From: Auanema rhodensis
Taxonomy: Eukaryota; Animalia; Nematoda
DNA: 64,000 nt
Direction: 5' to 3'
Assembly (NCBI GenBank): GCA_964057225.1
Contig: OZ059899.1
Location: forward strand, 1,178,001 to 1,242,000
The position numbers and the translations under genes were made by a program. Under the pieces are notes generated by a model, which saw only the letters and a list, made by a program, of their open reading frames with translations, was not told the DNA's origin and searched no databases. This document shows, one piece after another, positions 26,901 through 40,937 of this stretch. Every line of letters starts with the position of its first letter. The stretch's first letter is position 1.

Positions 26901-29900
26901 TCGTTTGAAAAATGATGCATTAGTGTATGTTGAGTTTCCATGTACACTCAACATTGCTTCCAAAAACATTTTGACAAAAATTTTTTCGAAAAATTTCAAA
27001 ATAATTCAGCAAAAAGTAGATGTTTATAGATTCCTTTTTTCAAGGCAAAGACGATGGACAATGTTATTCAACGAAAAAATTAATTCTTCAGGGTGAAAAT
27101 CGAGGATATAAGTGTGAACTTATATCAGTTGATATCTCGGTGCATTTTTAAGCTAGCGCAAATCTGATAACACAGATCGACGCAGCTTAAAAATCCGCAT
27201 CGAATGCACTATACTACATCGAGAAACGCTTGATACAAAAATTAGTTATGATCGTTTGAAAAATGATGCATTAGTGTATGTTGAGTTTCCATGTACACTC
27301 AACATTGCTTCCAAAAACATTTTGACAAAAATTTTTTCGAAAAATTTCAAAATAATTTAGCAAAAAGTAGATGTTTTCAAATTCCTTTTTTTAAGGCAAA
27401 GACGATGGACAATGTTATTCAACGAAAAAATTAATTCTTCAGGGTGAAAATCGGAGATATAAGTGTGAACTTATATCAGTTGATATCTCGGTGCATTTTT
27501 AAGCTAGCGCAAATCTGATAACACAGATCGACGCAGCTTAAAAATCCGCATCGAATGCACTATACTACATCGAGAAACGCTTGATACAAAAATTAGTTAT
27601 GATCGTTTGAAAAATGATGCATTAGTGTATGTTGAGTTCCCATGTACACTCAACATTGCTTCCAAAAACATTTTGACAAAAATTTTTTCGAAAAATTTCA
27701 AAATAATTTAGCAAAAAGTAGATGTTTTTAGATTCCATTTTTCAAGGCAAAGACGATAGACAATGTTATTCAACAAAAAAATTAATTCTTCAGGGTGAAA
27801 ATCGAGAATATAAGTGTGAACTTATATCAGTTGATATCTCGGTGCATTTTTAAGCTAGCGCAAATCTGATAACACAGATCGACGCAGCTTAAAAATCCGC
27901 ATCGAATGCACTATACTACATTGAGAAACGCTTAATACAAAAATTAGTTATGATCGTTTGAAAAATGATGCATTAGTGTATGTTGAGTTTCCATGTACAC
28001 TCAACATTGCTTCCAAAAACATTTTGACAAAAATTTTTTCGAAAAATTTCAAAATAATTCAGCAAAAAGTAGATGTTTATAGATTCCTTTTTTCAAGGCA
28101 AAGACGATGGACAATGTTATTCAACGAAAAAATTAATTCTTCAGGGTGAAAATCGAGAATATAAGTGTGAACTTATATCAGTTGATATCTCGGTGCATTT
28201 TTAAGCTAGCGCAAATCTGATAACACAGATCGACGCAGCTTAAAAATTCGCATCGAATGCACTATACTACATTGAAAAACGCTTAATACAAAAATTAGTT
28301 ATGATCGTTTGAAAAATGATGCATTAGTGTATGTTGAGTTTCCATGTACACTCAACATTGCTTCCAAAAACATTTTGACAAAAATTTTTTCGAAAAATTT
28401 CAAAATAATTCAGCAAAAAGTAGATGTTTATAGATTCCTTTTTTCAAGGCAAAGACGATGGACAATGTTATTCAACGAAAAAATTAATTCTTCAGGGTGA
28501 AAATCGAGGATATAAGTGTGAACTTATATCAGTTGATATCTCGGTGCATTTTTAAGCTAGCGCAAATCTGATAACACAGATCGACGCAGCTTAAAAATCC
28601 ACATCGAATGCACTATACTACATCGAGAAACGCTTGATACAAAAATTAGTTATGATCGTTTGAAAAATGATGCATTAGTGTATGTTGAGTTTCCATGTAC
28701 ACTCAACATTGCTTCCAAAAACATTTTAACAAAAATTTTTTCGAAAAATTTCAAAATAATTTAGCAAAAAGTAGATGTTTTTAAATTCCTTTTTTTAAGG
28801 CAAAGACGATGGACAATGTTATTCAACGAAAAAATTAATTCTTCAGGGTGAAAATCGAGAATATAAGTGTGAACTTATATCAGTTGATATCTCGGTGCAT
28901 TTTTAAGCTAGCGCAAATCTGATAACACAGATCGACGCAGCTTAAAAATCCGCATCGAATGCACTATACTACATCGAGAAACGCTTGATACAAAAATTAG
29001 TTATGATCGTTTGAAAAATGATGCATTAGTGTATGTTGAGTTTCCATGTACACTCAACATTGCTTCCAAAAACATTTTGACAAAAATTTTTTCGAAAAAT
29101 TTCAAAATAATTCAGCAAAAAGTAGATGTTTATAGATTCCTTTTTTCAAGGCAAAGACGATGGACAATGTTATTCAACGAAAAAATTAATTCTTCAGGGT
29201 GAAAATCGAGGATATAAGTGTGAACTTATATCAGTTGATATCTCGGTGCATTTTTCAGCTAGCGCAAATCTGATAACACAGATCGACGCAGCTTAAAAAT
29301 CCGCATCGAATGCACTATACTACATCAAGAAACGCTTGATACAAAAATTAGTTATGATCGTTTGAAAAATGATGCATTAGTGTATGTTGAGTTTCTATGT
29401 ACACTCAACATTGCTTCCAAAAACATTTTGACAAAAATTTTTTCGAAAAATTTCAAAATAATTTAGCAAAAAGTAGATGTTTTTAAATTCCTTTTTTTAA
29501 GGCGAAGACGATGGACAATGTTATTTAACGAAAAAATTAATTCTTCAGGGTGAAAATCGAGAATATAAGTGTGAACTTATATCAGTTGATATCTCGGTGC
29601 ATTTTTAAGCTAGCGCAAATCTGATAACACAGATCGACGCAGCTTAAAAATCCGCATCGAATGCACTATACTACATTGAGAAACGCTTAATACAAAAATT
29701 AGTTATGATCGTTTGAAAAATGATGGATTAGTGTATGTTGAGTTTCCATGTACACTCAACATTGCTTCCAAAAACATTTTGACAAAAATTTTTTCGAAAA
29801 ATTTCAAAATAATTCAGCAAAAAGTAGATGTTTATAGATTCCTTTTTTCAAGGCAAAGACGATGGACAATGTTATTCAACGAAAAAATTAATTCTTCAGG

Positions 29901-30283
29901 GTGAAAATCGAGAATATAAGTGTGAACTTATATCAGTTGATATCTCGGTGCATTTTTAAGCTAGCGCAAATCTGATAACACAGATCGACGCAGCTTAAAA
30001 ATCCGCATCGAATGCACTATACTACATTGAGAAACGCTTAATACAAAAATTAGTTATGATCGTTTGAAAAATGATGCATTAGTGTATGTTGAGTTTCCAT
30101 GTACACTCAACATTGCTTCCAAAAACATTTTGACAAAAATTTTTTCGAAAAATTTCAAAATAATTCAGCAAAAAGTAGATGTTTATAGATTCCTTTTTTC
30201 AAGGCAAAGACGATGGACAATGTTATTCAACGAAAAAATTAATTCTTCAGGGTGAAAATCGAGGATATAAGTGTGAACTTATA
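20904..30283. repeat. Tandem duplication of a 13-monomer block (period 4564 bp)
   Basis: Rare variants are paired at a 4564-bp offset: 21156/25720, 21485/26049, 22890/27454 and 24692/29256. The D-G-L ORF variant occurs at 25149/29713, and the ORF-track pattern repeats at the same offset. Confidence 0.92.
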
Positions 30284-33200
30284 TCAGTTGATATCTCGGT
30301 GCATTTTTAAGCTAGCGCAAATCTGATAACACAGATCGACGCAGCTTAAAAATCCGCATCGAATGCACTATACTACATTGAGAAACGCTTAATACAAAAA
30401 TTAGTTATGATCGTTTGAAAAATGATGCATTAGTGTATGTTGAGTTTCCATGTACACTCAACATTGCTTCCAAAAACATTTTGACAAAAATTTTTTCGAA
30501 AAATTTCAAAATAATTCAGCAAAAAGTAGATGTTTATAGATTCCTTTTTTCAAGGCAAAGACGATGGACAATGTTATTCAACGAAAAAATTAATTCTTCA
30601 GGGTGAAAATCGAGGATATAAGTGTGAACTTATATCAGTTGATATCTCGGTGCATTTTTAAGCTAGCGCAAATCTGATAACACAGATCGACGCAGCTTAA
30701 AAATCCGCATCGAAGCACTATACTACATCGAGAAACGCTTGATACAAAAATTAGTTATGATCGTTTGAAAAATGATGCATTAGTGTATGTTGAGTTTCCA
30801 TGTACACTCAACATTGCTTCCAAAAACATTTTGACAAAAATTTTTTCGAAAAATTTCAAAATAATTTAGCAGAAAGTAGATGTTTTTAGATTCCATTTTT
30901 CAAGGCAAAGACGATAGACAATGTTATTCAACGAAAAAATTAATTCTTCAGGGTGAAAATCGAGAATATAAGTGTGAACTTATATCAGTTGATATCTCGG
31001 TGCATTTTTAAGCTAGCGCAAATCTGATAACACAGATCGACGCAGCTTAAAAATCCGCATCGAATGCACTATACTACATTGAGAAACGCTTAATACAAAA
31101 ATTAGTTATGATCGTTTGAAAAATGATGCATTAGTGTATGTTGAGTTTCCATGTACACTCAACATTGCTTCCAAAAACATTTTGACAAAAATTTTTTCGA
31201 AAAATTTCAAAATAATTCAGCAAAAAGTAGATGTTTATAGATTCCTTTTTTCAAGGCAAAGACGATGGACAATGTTATTCAACGAAAAAATTAATTCTTC
31301 AGGGTGAAAATCGAGGATATAAGTGTGAACTTATATCAGTTGATATCTCGGTGCATTTTTAAGCTAGCGCAAATCTGATAACACAGATCGACGCAGCTTA
31401 AAAATCCGCATCGAATGCACTATACTACATTGAGAAACGCTTAATACAAAAATTAGTTATGATCGTTTGAAAAATGATGCATTAGTGTATGTTGAGTTTC
31501 CATGTACACTCAACATTGCTTCCAAAAACATTTTGACAAAAATTTTTTCGAAAAATTTCAAAATAATTCAGCAAAAAGTAGATGTTTATAGATTCCTTTT
31601 TTCAAGGCAAAGACGATGGACAATGTTATTCAACGAAAAAATTAATTCTTCAGGGTGAAAATCGAGGATATAAGTGTGAACTTATATCAGTTGATATCTC
31701 GGTGCATTTTTAAGCTAGCGCAAATCTGATAACACAGATCGACGCAGCTTAAAAATCCGCATCGAAGCACTATACTACATCGAGAAACGCTTGATACAAA
31801 AATTAGTTATGATCGTTTGAAAAATGATGCATTAGTGTATGTTGAGTTTCCATGTACACTCAACATTGCTTCCAAAAACATTTTGACAAAAATTTTTTCG
31901 AAAAATTTCAAAATAATTCAGCAAAACGTAGATGTTTATAGATTCCTTTTTTCAAGGCAAAGACGATAGACAATGTTATTCAACGAAAAAATTAATTCTT
32001 CAGGGTGAAAATCGAGAATATAAGTGTGAACTTATATCAGTTGATATCTCGGTGCATTTTTAAGCTAGCGCAAATCTGATAACACAGATCGACGCAGCTT
32101 AAAAATCCGCATCGAATGCACTATACTACATTGAGAAACGCTTGATACAAAAATTAGTTATGATCGTTTGAAAAATGATGCATTAGTGTATGTTGAGTTT
32201 CCATGTACACTCAACATTGCTTCCAAAAACATTTTGACAAAAATTTTTTCGAAAAATTTCAAAATAATTCAGCAAAACGTAGATGTTTATAGATTCCTTT
32301 TTTCAAGGCAAAGACGATGGACAATGTTATTCAACGAAAAAATTAATTCTTCAGGGTGAAAATCGAGAATATAAGTGTGAACTTATATCAGTTGATATCT
32401 CGGTGCATTTTTAAGCTAGCGCAAATCTGATAACACAGATCGACGCAGCTTAAAAATCCGCATCGAATGCACTATACTACATCAAGAAACGCTTGATACA
32501 AAAATTAGTTATGATCGTTTGAAAAATGATGCATTAGTGTATGTTGAGTTTCCATGTACACTCAACATTGCTTCCAAAAACATTTTGACAAAAATTTTTT
32601 GAAAAATTTCAAAATAATTTAGCAAAAAGTAGATGTTTTTAGATTCCATTTTTCAAGGCAAAGACGATAGACAATGTTATTCAACGAAAAAATTAATTCT
32701 TCAGGGTGAAAATCGAGAATATAAGTGTGAACTTATATCAGTTGATATCTCGGTGCATTTTTAAGCTAGCGCAAATCTGATAACACAGATCGACGCAGCT
32801 TAAAAATCCGCATCGAATGCACTATACTACATTGAGAAACGCTTAATACAAAAATTAGTTATGATCGTTTGAAAAATGATGCATTAGTGTATGTTGAGTT
32901 TCCATGTACACTCAACATTGCTTCCAAAAACATTTTGACAAAAATTTTTTCGAAAAATTTCAAAATAATTCAGCAAAAAGTAGATGTTTATAGATTCCTT
33001 TTTTCAAGGCAAAGACGATGGACAATGTTATTCAACGAAAAAATTAATTCTTCAGGGTGAAAATCGAGGATATAAGTGTGAACTTATATCAGTTGATATC
33101 TCGGTGCATTTTTAAGCTAGCGCAAATCTGATAACACAGATCGACGCAGCTTAAAAATCCGCATCGAATGCACAATACTACATTGAGAAACGCTCAATAC

Positions 33201-33549
33201 AAAAATTAGTTATGATCGTTTGAAAAATGATGCATTAGTGTATGTTGAGTTTCCATGTACACTCAACATTGCTTCCAAAAACATTTTGACAAAAATTTTT
33301 TCGAAAAATTTCAAAATAATTCAGCAAAAAGTAGATGTTTATAGATTCCTTTTTTCAAGGCAAAGACGATGGACAATGTTATTCAACGAAAAAATTAATT
33401 CTTCAGGGTGAAAATCGAGGATATAAGTGTGAACTTATATCAGTTGATATCTCGGTGCATTTTTAAGCTAGCGCAAATCTGATAACACAGATCGACGCAG
33501 CTTAAAAATCCGCATCGAATGCACTATACTACATTGAGAAACGCTTAAA

Positions 33550-36500
33550 ACAAAAATTAGTTATGATCGTTTGAAAAATGATGCATTAGTGTATGTTGAG
33601 TTTCCATGTACACTCAACATTGCTTCCAAAAACATTTTGACAAAAATTTTTTCGAAAAATTTCAAAATAATTCAGCAAAAAGTAGATGTTTATAGATTCC
33701 TTTTTTCAAGGCAAAGACGATGGACAATGTTATTCAACGAAAAAATTAATTCTTCAGGGTGAAAATCGAGGATATAAGTGTGAACTTATATCAGTTGATA
33801 TCTCGGTGCATTTTTAAGCTAGCGCAAATCTGATAACACAGATCGACGCAGCTTAAAAATCCGCATCGAAGCACTATACTACATCGAGAAACGCTTGATA
33901 CAAAAATTAGTTATGATCGTTTGAAAAATGATGCATTAGTGTATGTTGAGTTTCCATGTACACTCAACATTGCTTCCAAAAACATTTTGACAAAAATTTT
34001 TTCGAAAAATTTCAAAATAATTCAGCAAAACGTAGATGTTTATAGATTCCTTTTTTCAAGGCAAAGACGATGGACAATGTTATTCGACGAAAAAATTAAT
34101 TCTTCAGGGTGAAAATCGAGGATATAAGTGTGAACTTATATCAGTTGATATCTCGGTGCATTTTTAAGCTAGCGCAAATCTGATAACACAGATCGACGCA
34201 GCTTAAAAATCCGCATCGAATGCACTATACTACATCGAGAAACGCTTGATACAAAAATTAGTTATGATCGTTTGAAAAATGATGCATTAGTGTATGTTGA
34301 GTTTCCATGTACACTCAACATTGCTTCCAAAAACATTTTGACAAAAATTTTTTCGAAAAATTTCAAAATAATTTAGCAAAAAGTAGATGTTTTTAGATTC
34401 CATTTTTCAAGGCAAAGACGATAGACAATGTTATTCAACGAAAAAATTAATTCTTCAGGGTGAAAATCGAGGATATAAGTGTGAACTTATATCAGTTGAT
34501 ATCTCGGTGCATTTTTAAGCTAGCGCAAATCTGATAACACAGATCGACGCAGCTTAAAAATCCGCATCGAATGCACTATACTACATCAAGAAACGCTTGA
34601 TACAAAAATTAGTTATGATCGTTTGAAAAATGATGCATTAGTGTATGTTGAGTTTCCATGTACACTCAACATTGCTTCCAAAAACATTTTGACAAAAATT
34701 TTTTCGAAAAATTTCAAAATAATTCAGCAAAAAGTAGATGTTTATAGATTCCTTTTTTCAAGGCAAAGACGATGGACAATGTTATTCAACGAAAAAATTA
34801 ATTCTTCAGGGTGAAAATCGAGGATATAAGTGTGAACTTATATCAGTTGATATCTCGGTGCATTTTTAAGCTAGCGCAAATCTGATAACACAGATCGACG
34901 CAGCTTAAAAATCCGCATCGAAGCACTATACTACATCGAGAAACGCTTGATACAAAAATTAGTTATGATCGTTTGAAAAATGATGCATTAGTGTATGTTG
35001 AGTTTCCATGTACACTCAACATTGCTTCCAAAAACATTTTGACAAAAATTTTTTCGAAAAATTTCAAAATAATTCAGCAAAACGTAGATGTTTATAGATT
35101 CCTTTTTTCAAGGCAAAGACGATGGACAATGTTATTCGACGAAAAAATTAATTCTTCAGGGTGAAAATCGAGGATATAAGTGTGAACTTATATCAGTTGA
35201 TATCTCGGTGCATTTTTAAGCTAGCGCAAATCTGATAACACAGATCGACGCAGCTTAAAAATCCGCATCGAATGCACTATACTACATCGAGAAACGCTTG
35301 ATACAAAAATTAGTTATGATCGTTTGAAAAATGATGCATTAGTGTATGTTGAGTTTCCATGTACACTCAACATTGCTTCCAAAAACATTTTGACAAAAAT
35401 TTTTTCGAAAAATTTCAAAATAATTTAGCAAAAAGTAGATGTTTTTAGATTCCATTTTTCAAGGCAAAGACGATAGACAATGTTATTCAACGAAAAAATT
35501 AATTCTTCAGGGTGAAAATCGAGGATATAAGTGTGAACTTATATCAGTTGATATCTCGGTGCATTTTTAAGCTAGCGCAAATCTGATAACACAGATCGAC
35601 GCAGCTTAAAAATCCGCATCGAATGCACTATACTACATCAAGAAACGATTGATACAAAAATTAGTTATGATCGTTTGAAAAATGATGCATTAGTGTATGT
35701 TGAGTTTCCATGTACACTCAACATTGCTTCCAAAAACATTTTGACAAAAATTTTTTCGAAAAATTTCAAAATAATTTAGCAAAAAGTAGATGTTTTTAGA
35801 TTCCATTTTTCAAGGCAAAGACGATAGACAATGTTATTCAACGAAAAAATTAATTCTTCAGGGTGAAAATCGAGGATATAAGTGTGAACTTATATCAGTT
35901 GATATCTCGGTGCATTTTTAAGCTAGCGCAAATCTGATAACACAGATCGACGCAGCTTAAAAATCCGCATCGAATGCACTATACTACATCAAGAAACGCT
36001 TGATACAAAAATTAGTTATGATCGTTTGAAAAATGATGCATTAGTGTATGTTGAGTTTCCATGTACACTCAACATTGCTTCCAAAAACATTTTGACAAAA
36101 ATTTTTTCGAAAAATTTCAAAATAATTCAGCAAAAAGTAGATGTTTATAGATTCCTTTTTTCAAGGCAAAGACGATGGACAATGTTATTCAACGAAAAAA
36201 TTAATTCTTCAGGGTGAAAATCGAGAATATAAGTGTGAACTTATATCAGTTGATATCTCGGTGCATTTTTAAGCTAGCGCAAATCTGATAACACAGATCG
36301 ACGCAGCTTAAAAATCCGCATCGAATGCACTATACTACATCAAGAAACGCTTGATACAAAAATTAGTTATGATCGTTTGAAAAATGATGCATTAGTGTAT
36401 GTTGAGTTTCCATGTACACTCAACATTGCTTCCAAAAACATTTTGACAAAAATTTTTTCGAAAAATTTCAAAATAATTCAGCAAAAAGTAGATGTTTATA

Positions 36501-39500
36501 GATTCCTTTTTTCAAGGCAAAGACGATGGACAATGTTATTCAACGAAAAAATTAATTCTTCAGGGTGAAAATCGAGAATATAAGTGTGAACTTATATCAG
36601 TTGATATCTCGGTGCATTTTTAAGCTAGCGCAAATCTGATAACACAGATCGACGCAGCTTAAAAATCCGCATCGAATGCACTATACTACATCGAGAAACG
36701 CTTGATACAAAAATTAGTTATGATCGTTTGAAAAATGATGCATTAGTGTATGTTGAGTTTCCATGTACACTCAACATTGCTTCCAAAAACATTTTGACAA
36801 AAATTTTTTCGAAAAATTTCAAAATAATTCAGCAAAAAGTAGATGTTTATAGATTCCTTTTTTCAAGGCAAAGACGATGGACAATGTTATTCAACGAAAA
36901 AATTAATTCTTCAGGGTGAAAATCGAGGATATAAGTGTGAACTTATATCAGTTGATATCTCGGTGCATTTTTAAGCTAGCGCAAATCTGATAACACAGAT
37001 CGACGCAGCTTAAAAATCCGCATCGAAGCACTATACTACATCGAGAAACGCTTGATACAAAAATTAGTTATGATCGTTTGAAAAATGATGCATTAGTGTA
37101 TGTTGAGTTTCCATGTACACTCAACATTGCTTCCAAAAACATTTTGACAAAAATTTTTTCGAAAAATTTCAAAATAATTCAGCAAAACGTAGATGTTTAT
37201 AGATTCCTTTTTTCAAGGCAAAGACGATGGACAATGTTATTCGACGAAAAAATTAATTCTTCAGGGTGAAAATCGAGGATATAAGTGTGAACTTATATCA
37301 GTTGATATCTCGGTGCATTTTTAAGCTAGCGCAAATCTGATAACACAGATCGACGCAGCTTAAAAATCCGCATCGAATGCACTATACTACATCGAGAAAC
37401 GCTTGATACAAAAATTAGTTATGATCGTTTGAAAAATGATGCATTAGTGTATGTTGAGTTTCCATGTACACTCAACATTGCTTCCAAAAACATTTTGACA
37501 AAAATTTTTTCGAAAAATTTCAAAATAATTTAGCAAAAAGTAGATGTTTTTAGATTCCATTTTTCAAGGCAAAGACGATAGACAATGTTATTCAACGAAA
37601 AAATTAATTCTTCAGGGTGAAAATCGAGGATATAAGTGTGAACTTATATCAGTTGATATCTCGGTGCATTTTTAAGCTAGCGCAAATCTGATAACACAGA
37701 TCGACGCAGCTTAAAAATCCGCATCGAATGCACTATACTACATCAAGAAACGCTTGATACAAAAATTAGTTATGATCGTTTGAAAAATGATGCATTAGTG
37801 TATGTTGAGTTTCCATGTACACTCAACATTGCTTCCAAAAACATTTTGACAAAAATTTTTTCGAAAAATTTCAAAATAATTCAGCAAAAAGTAGATGTTT
37901 ATAGATTCCTTTTTTCAAGGCAAAGACGATGGACAATGTTATTCAACGAAAAAATTAATTCTTCAGGGTGAAAATCGAGGATATAAGTGTGAACTTATAT
38001 CAGTTGATATCTCGGTGCATTTTTAAGCTAGCGCAAATCTGATAACACAGATCGACGCAGCTTAAAAATCCGCATCGAAGCACTATACTACATCGAGAAA
38101 CGCTTGATACAAAAATTAGTTATGATCGTTTGAAAAATGATGCATTAGTGTATGTTGAGTTTCCATGTACACTCAACATTGCTTCCAAAAACATTTTGAC
38201 AAAAATTTTTTCGAAAAATTTCAAAATAATTCAGCAAAACGTAGATGTTTATAGATTCCTTTTTTCAAGGCAAAGACGATGGACAATGTTATTCGACGAA
38301 AAAATTAATTCTTCAGGGTGAAAATCGAGGATATAAGTGTGAACTTATATCAGTTGATATCTCGGTGCATTTTTAAGCTAGCGCAAATCTGATAACACAG
38401 ATCGACGCAGCTTAAAAATCCGCATCGAATGCACTATACTACATCGAGAAACGCTTGATACAAAAATTAGTTATGATCGTTTGAAAAATGATGCATTAGT
38501 GTATGTTGAGTTTCCATGTACACTCAACATTGCTTCCAAAAACATTTTGACAAAAATTTTTTCGAAAAATTTCAAAATAATTTAGCAAAAAGTAGATGTT
38601 TTTAGATTCCATTTTTCAAGGCAAAGACGATAGACAATGTTATTCAACGAAAAAATTAATTCTTCAGGGTGAAAATCGAGGATATAAGTGTGAACTTATA
38701 TCAGTTGATATCTCGGTGCATTTTTAAGCTAGCGCAAATCTGATAACACAGATCGACGCAGCTTAAAAATCCGCATCGAATGCACTATACTACATCAAGA
38801 AACGCTTGATACAAAAATTAGTTATGATCGTTTGAAAAATGATGCATTAGTGTATGTTGAGTTTCCATGTACACTCAACATTGCTTCCAAAAACATTTTG
38901 ACAAAAATTTTTTCGAAAAATTTCAAAATAATTTAGCAAAAAGTAGATGTTTTTAGATTCCATTTTTCAAGGCAAAGACGATAGACAATGTTATTCAACG
39001 AAAAAATTAATTCTTCAGGGTGAAAATCGAGGATATAAGTGTGAACTTATATCAGTTGATATCTCGGTGCATTTTTAAGCTAGCGCAAATCTGATAACAC
39101 AGATCGACGCAGCTTAAAAATCCGCATCGAATGCACTATACTACATCAAGAAACGCTTGATACAAAAATTAGTTATGATCGTTTGAAAAATGATGCATTA
39201 GTGTATGTTGAGTTTCCATGTACACTCAACATTGCTTCCAAAAACATTTTGACAAAAATTTTTTCGAAAAATTTCAAAATAATTCAGCAAAAAGTAGATG
39301 TTTATAGATTCCTTTTTTCAAGGCAAAGACGATGGACAATGTTATTCAACGAAAAAATTAATTCTTCAGGGTGAAAATCGAGAATATAAGTGTGAACTTA
39401 TATCAGTTGATATCTCGGTGCATTTTTAAGCTAGCGCAAATCTGATAACACAGATCGACGCAGCTTAAAAATCCGCATCGAATGCACTATACTACATCAA

Positions 39501-39993
39501 GAAACGCTTGATACAAAAATTAGTTATGATCGTTTGAAAAATGATGCATTAGTGTATGTTGAGTTTCCATGTACACTCAACATTGCTTCCAAAAACATTT
39601 TGACAAAAATTTTTTCGAAAAATTTCAAAATAATTCAGCAAAAAGTAGATGTTTATAGATTCCTTTTTTCAAGGCAAAGACGATGGACAATGTTATTCAA
39701 CGAAAAAATTAATTCTTCAGGGTGAAAATCGAGAATATAAGTGTGAACTTATATCAGTTGATATCTCGGTGCATTTTTAAGCTAGCGCAAATCTGATAAC
39801 ACAGATCGACGCAGCTTAAAAATCCGCATCGAATGCACTATACTACATCGAGAAACGCTTGATACAAAAATTAGTTATGATCGTTTGAAAAATGATGCAT
39901 TAGTGTATGTTGAGTTTCCATGTACACTCAACATTGCTTCCAAAAACATTTTGACAAAAATTTTTTCGAAAAATTTCAAAATAATTCAGCAAA
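33550..39993. repeat. Tandem duplication of a 9-monomer block (period 3157 bp) containing an internal 3-mer (1052-bp) duplication
   Basis: ORF starts 33571/36728, 33921/37078, 34623/37780, 34973/38130, 36026/39183 and 36377/39534 are all offset by 3157 = 9x351-2. The CGAAGCAC deletions and AAAACG/TCGAC markers are in register. Confidence 0.88.
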
Positions 39994-40937
39994 ACGTAGA
40001 TGTTTATAGATTCCTTTTTTCAAGGCAAAGACGATGGACAATGTTATTCGACGAAAAAATTAATTCTTCAGGGTGAAAATCGAGGATATAAGTGTGAACT
40101 TATATCAGTTGATATCTCGGTGCATTTTTAAGCTAGCGCAAATCTGATAACACAGATCGACGCAGCTTAAAAATCCGCATCGAATGCACTATACTACATC
40201 GAGAAACGCTTGATACAAAAATTAGTTATGATCGTTTGAAAAATGATGCATTAGTGTATGTTGAGTTTCCATGTACACTCAACATTGCTTCCAAAAACAT
40301 TTTGACAAAAATTTTTTCGAAAAATTTCAAAATAATTTAGCAAAAAGTAGATGTTTTTAGATTCCATTTTTCAAGGCAAAGACGATAGACAATGTTATTC
40401 AACGAAAAAATTAATTCTTCAGGGTGAAAATCGAGGATATAAGTGTGAACTTATATCAGTTGATATCTCGGTGCATTTTTAAGCTAGCGCAAATCTGATA
40501 ACACAGATCGACGCAGCTTAAAAATCCGCATCGAATGCACTATACTACATCAAGAAACGCTTGATACAAAAATTAGTTATGATCGTTTGAAAAATGATGC
40601 ATTAGTGTATGTTGAGTTTCCATGTACACTCAACATTGCTTCCAAAAACATTTTGACAAAAATTTTTTCGAAAAATTTCAAAATAATTCAGCAAAAAGTA
40701 GATGTTTATAGATTCCTTTTTTCAAGGCAAAGACGATGGACAATGTTATTCAACGAAAAAATTAATTCTTCAGGGTGAAAATCGAGGATATAAGTGTGAA
40801 CTTATATCAGTTGATATCTCGGTGCATTTTTAAGCTAGCGCAAATCTGATAACACAGATCGACGCAGCTTAAAAATCCGCATCGAATGCACTATACTACA
40901 TCAAGAAACGCTTGATACAAAAATTAGTTATGATCGT

